DNA from: Vicugna vicugna
Taxonomy: Eukaryota
Assembly (NCBI GenBank): GCA_013265495.1
Contig: MU057781.1
Span: forward strand, 436,001 to 500,000
Direction: 5' to 3'
Length of the DNA: 64,000 bases
A program made the translations under genes and the position numbers. The notes below the pieces were generated by a model. It was not told the DNA's origin. It was given only the letters and a program-made list of their open reading frames with translations, and did no database searches. Positions 63,625-64,000 of this stretch are shown one piece after another. Each line of letters starts with the position of its first letter. The first letter of the stretch is position 1.

Positions 63625-64000
63625 AGAAGTTCCCATCCTTTAAATTGATTTTTAAAGTTATTTTCCAGAATTCCTGGTGGAGGCAAGTTTTAGGAAGCAC
63701 GTCTCCCCACGTTCCCTTACCTCTGCAGATGCTTAGGGACCTGTCCTCACTCCAGGCAGACCCCAGCTCCCGCCCACGAGCCCCCTCCCATTCCCCACAG
63801 CCCGCCCTCCACCGCTGGTGCCTTTTCTCTCAGGGCGCCTCTCCAGTACCGCCTGCCACTTGAGCATTTTCTTCAGTCTGGAAAAGCTGTCAGGCCCCTG
63901 GAGAAGCACAGGTGGATTTAATCAAACCATCTTTTTTTAAAAGGAAAAGAAAACATTTCCTTTCTAAAGTGGATTTTAAAAATTACGCAGCGTGCTGGGC

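Noticed and set aside
1..64000. Prokaryotic-type systems (CRISPR arrays, operons, defence islands) or an intact autonomous transposon
   Set aside because: The sequence is mammalian. I saw no regularly spaced direct repeats or gene-dense segments, and all L1/ERV/hAT coding remnants carry stops or are absent.

Overview
Eutherian (mammalian) genomic DNA, GC-rich and subtelomere-like. It is probably from a camelid, judging by two tRNA-Ala-derived SINEs of the vic-1 type and young L1 3' tails. I cannot support any intact protein-coding gene. The long ORFs are products of GC-rich composition or of decayed L1 ORF2. The window is a mosaic of old transposon fossils (L1M, L2, MIR, MLT1/MLT2 LTRs, Charlie1, MER2-like, MER3), a solo ERV1-type LTR, younger lineage-specific L1 tails and SINEs with target-site duplications (TSDs), and short AT-rich non-repeat blocks dense in homeodomain/FOX/SOX/TCF-like motifs that look like developmental enhancers. 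The strongest unexpected signal is at 3.4-5.0 kb. An old AT-rich L1 ORF2 fossil runs colinearly into a CpG island, and its distal ~650 bp appear rewritten by near-unidirectional A/T->G/C changes (e.g. ccagaatatataaa -> ccaggacgcgcga). The homologous L1 segment at 31.8-32.5 kb stayed AT-rich. Similar GC-converted patches recur in other fossils, consistent with localised GC-biased gene conversion (gBGC). All repeat-family names come from recalled consensus similarity, not from a search, and boundaries are approximate unless a TSD is quoted.
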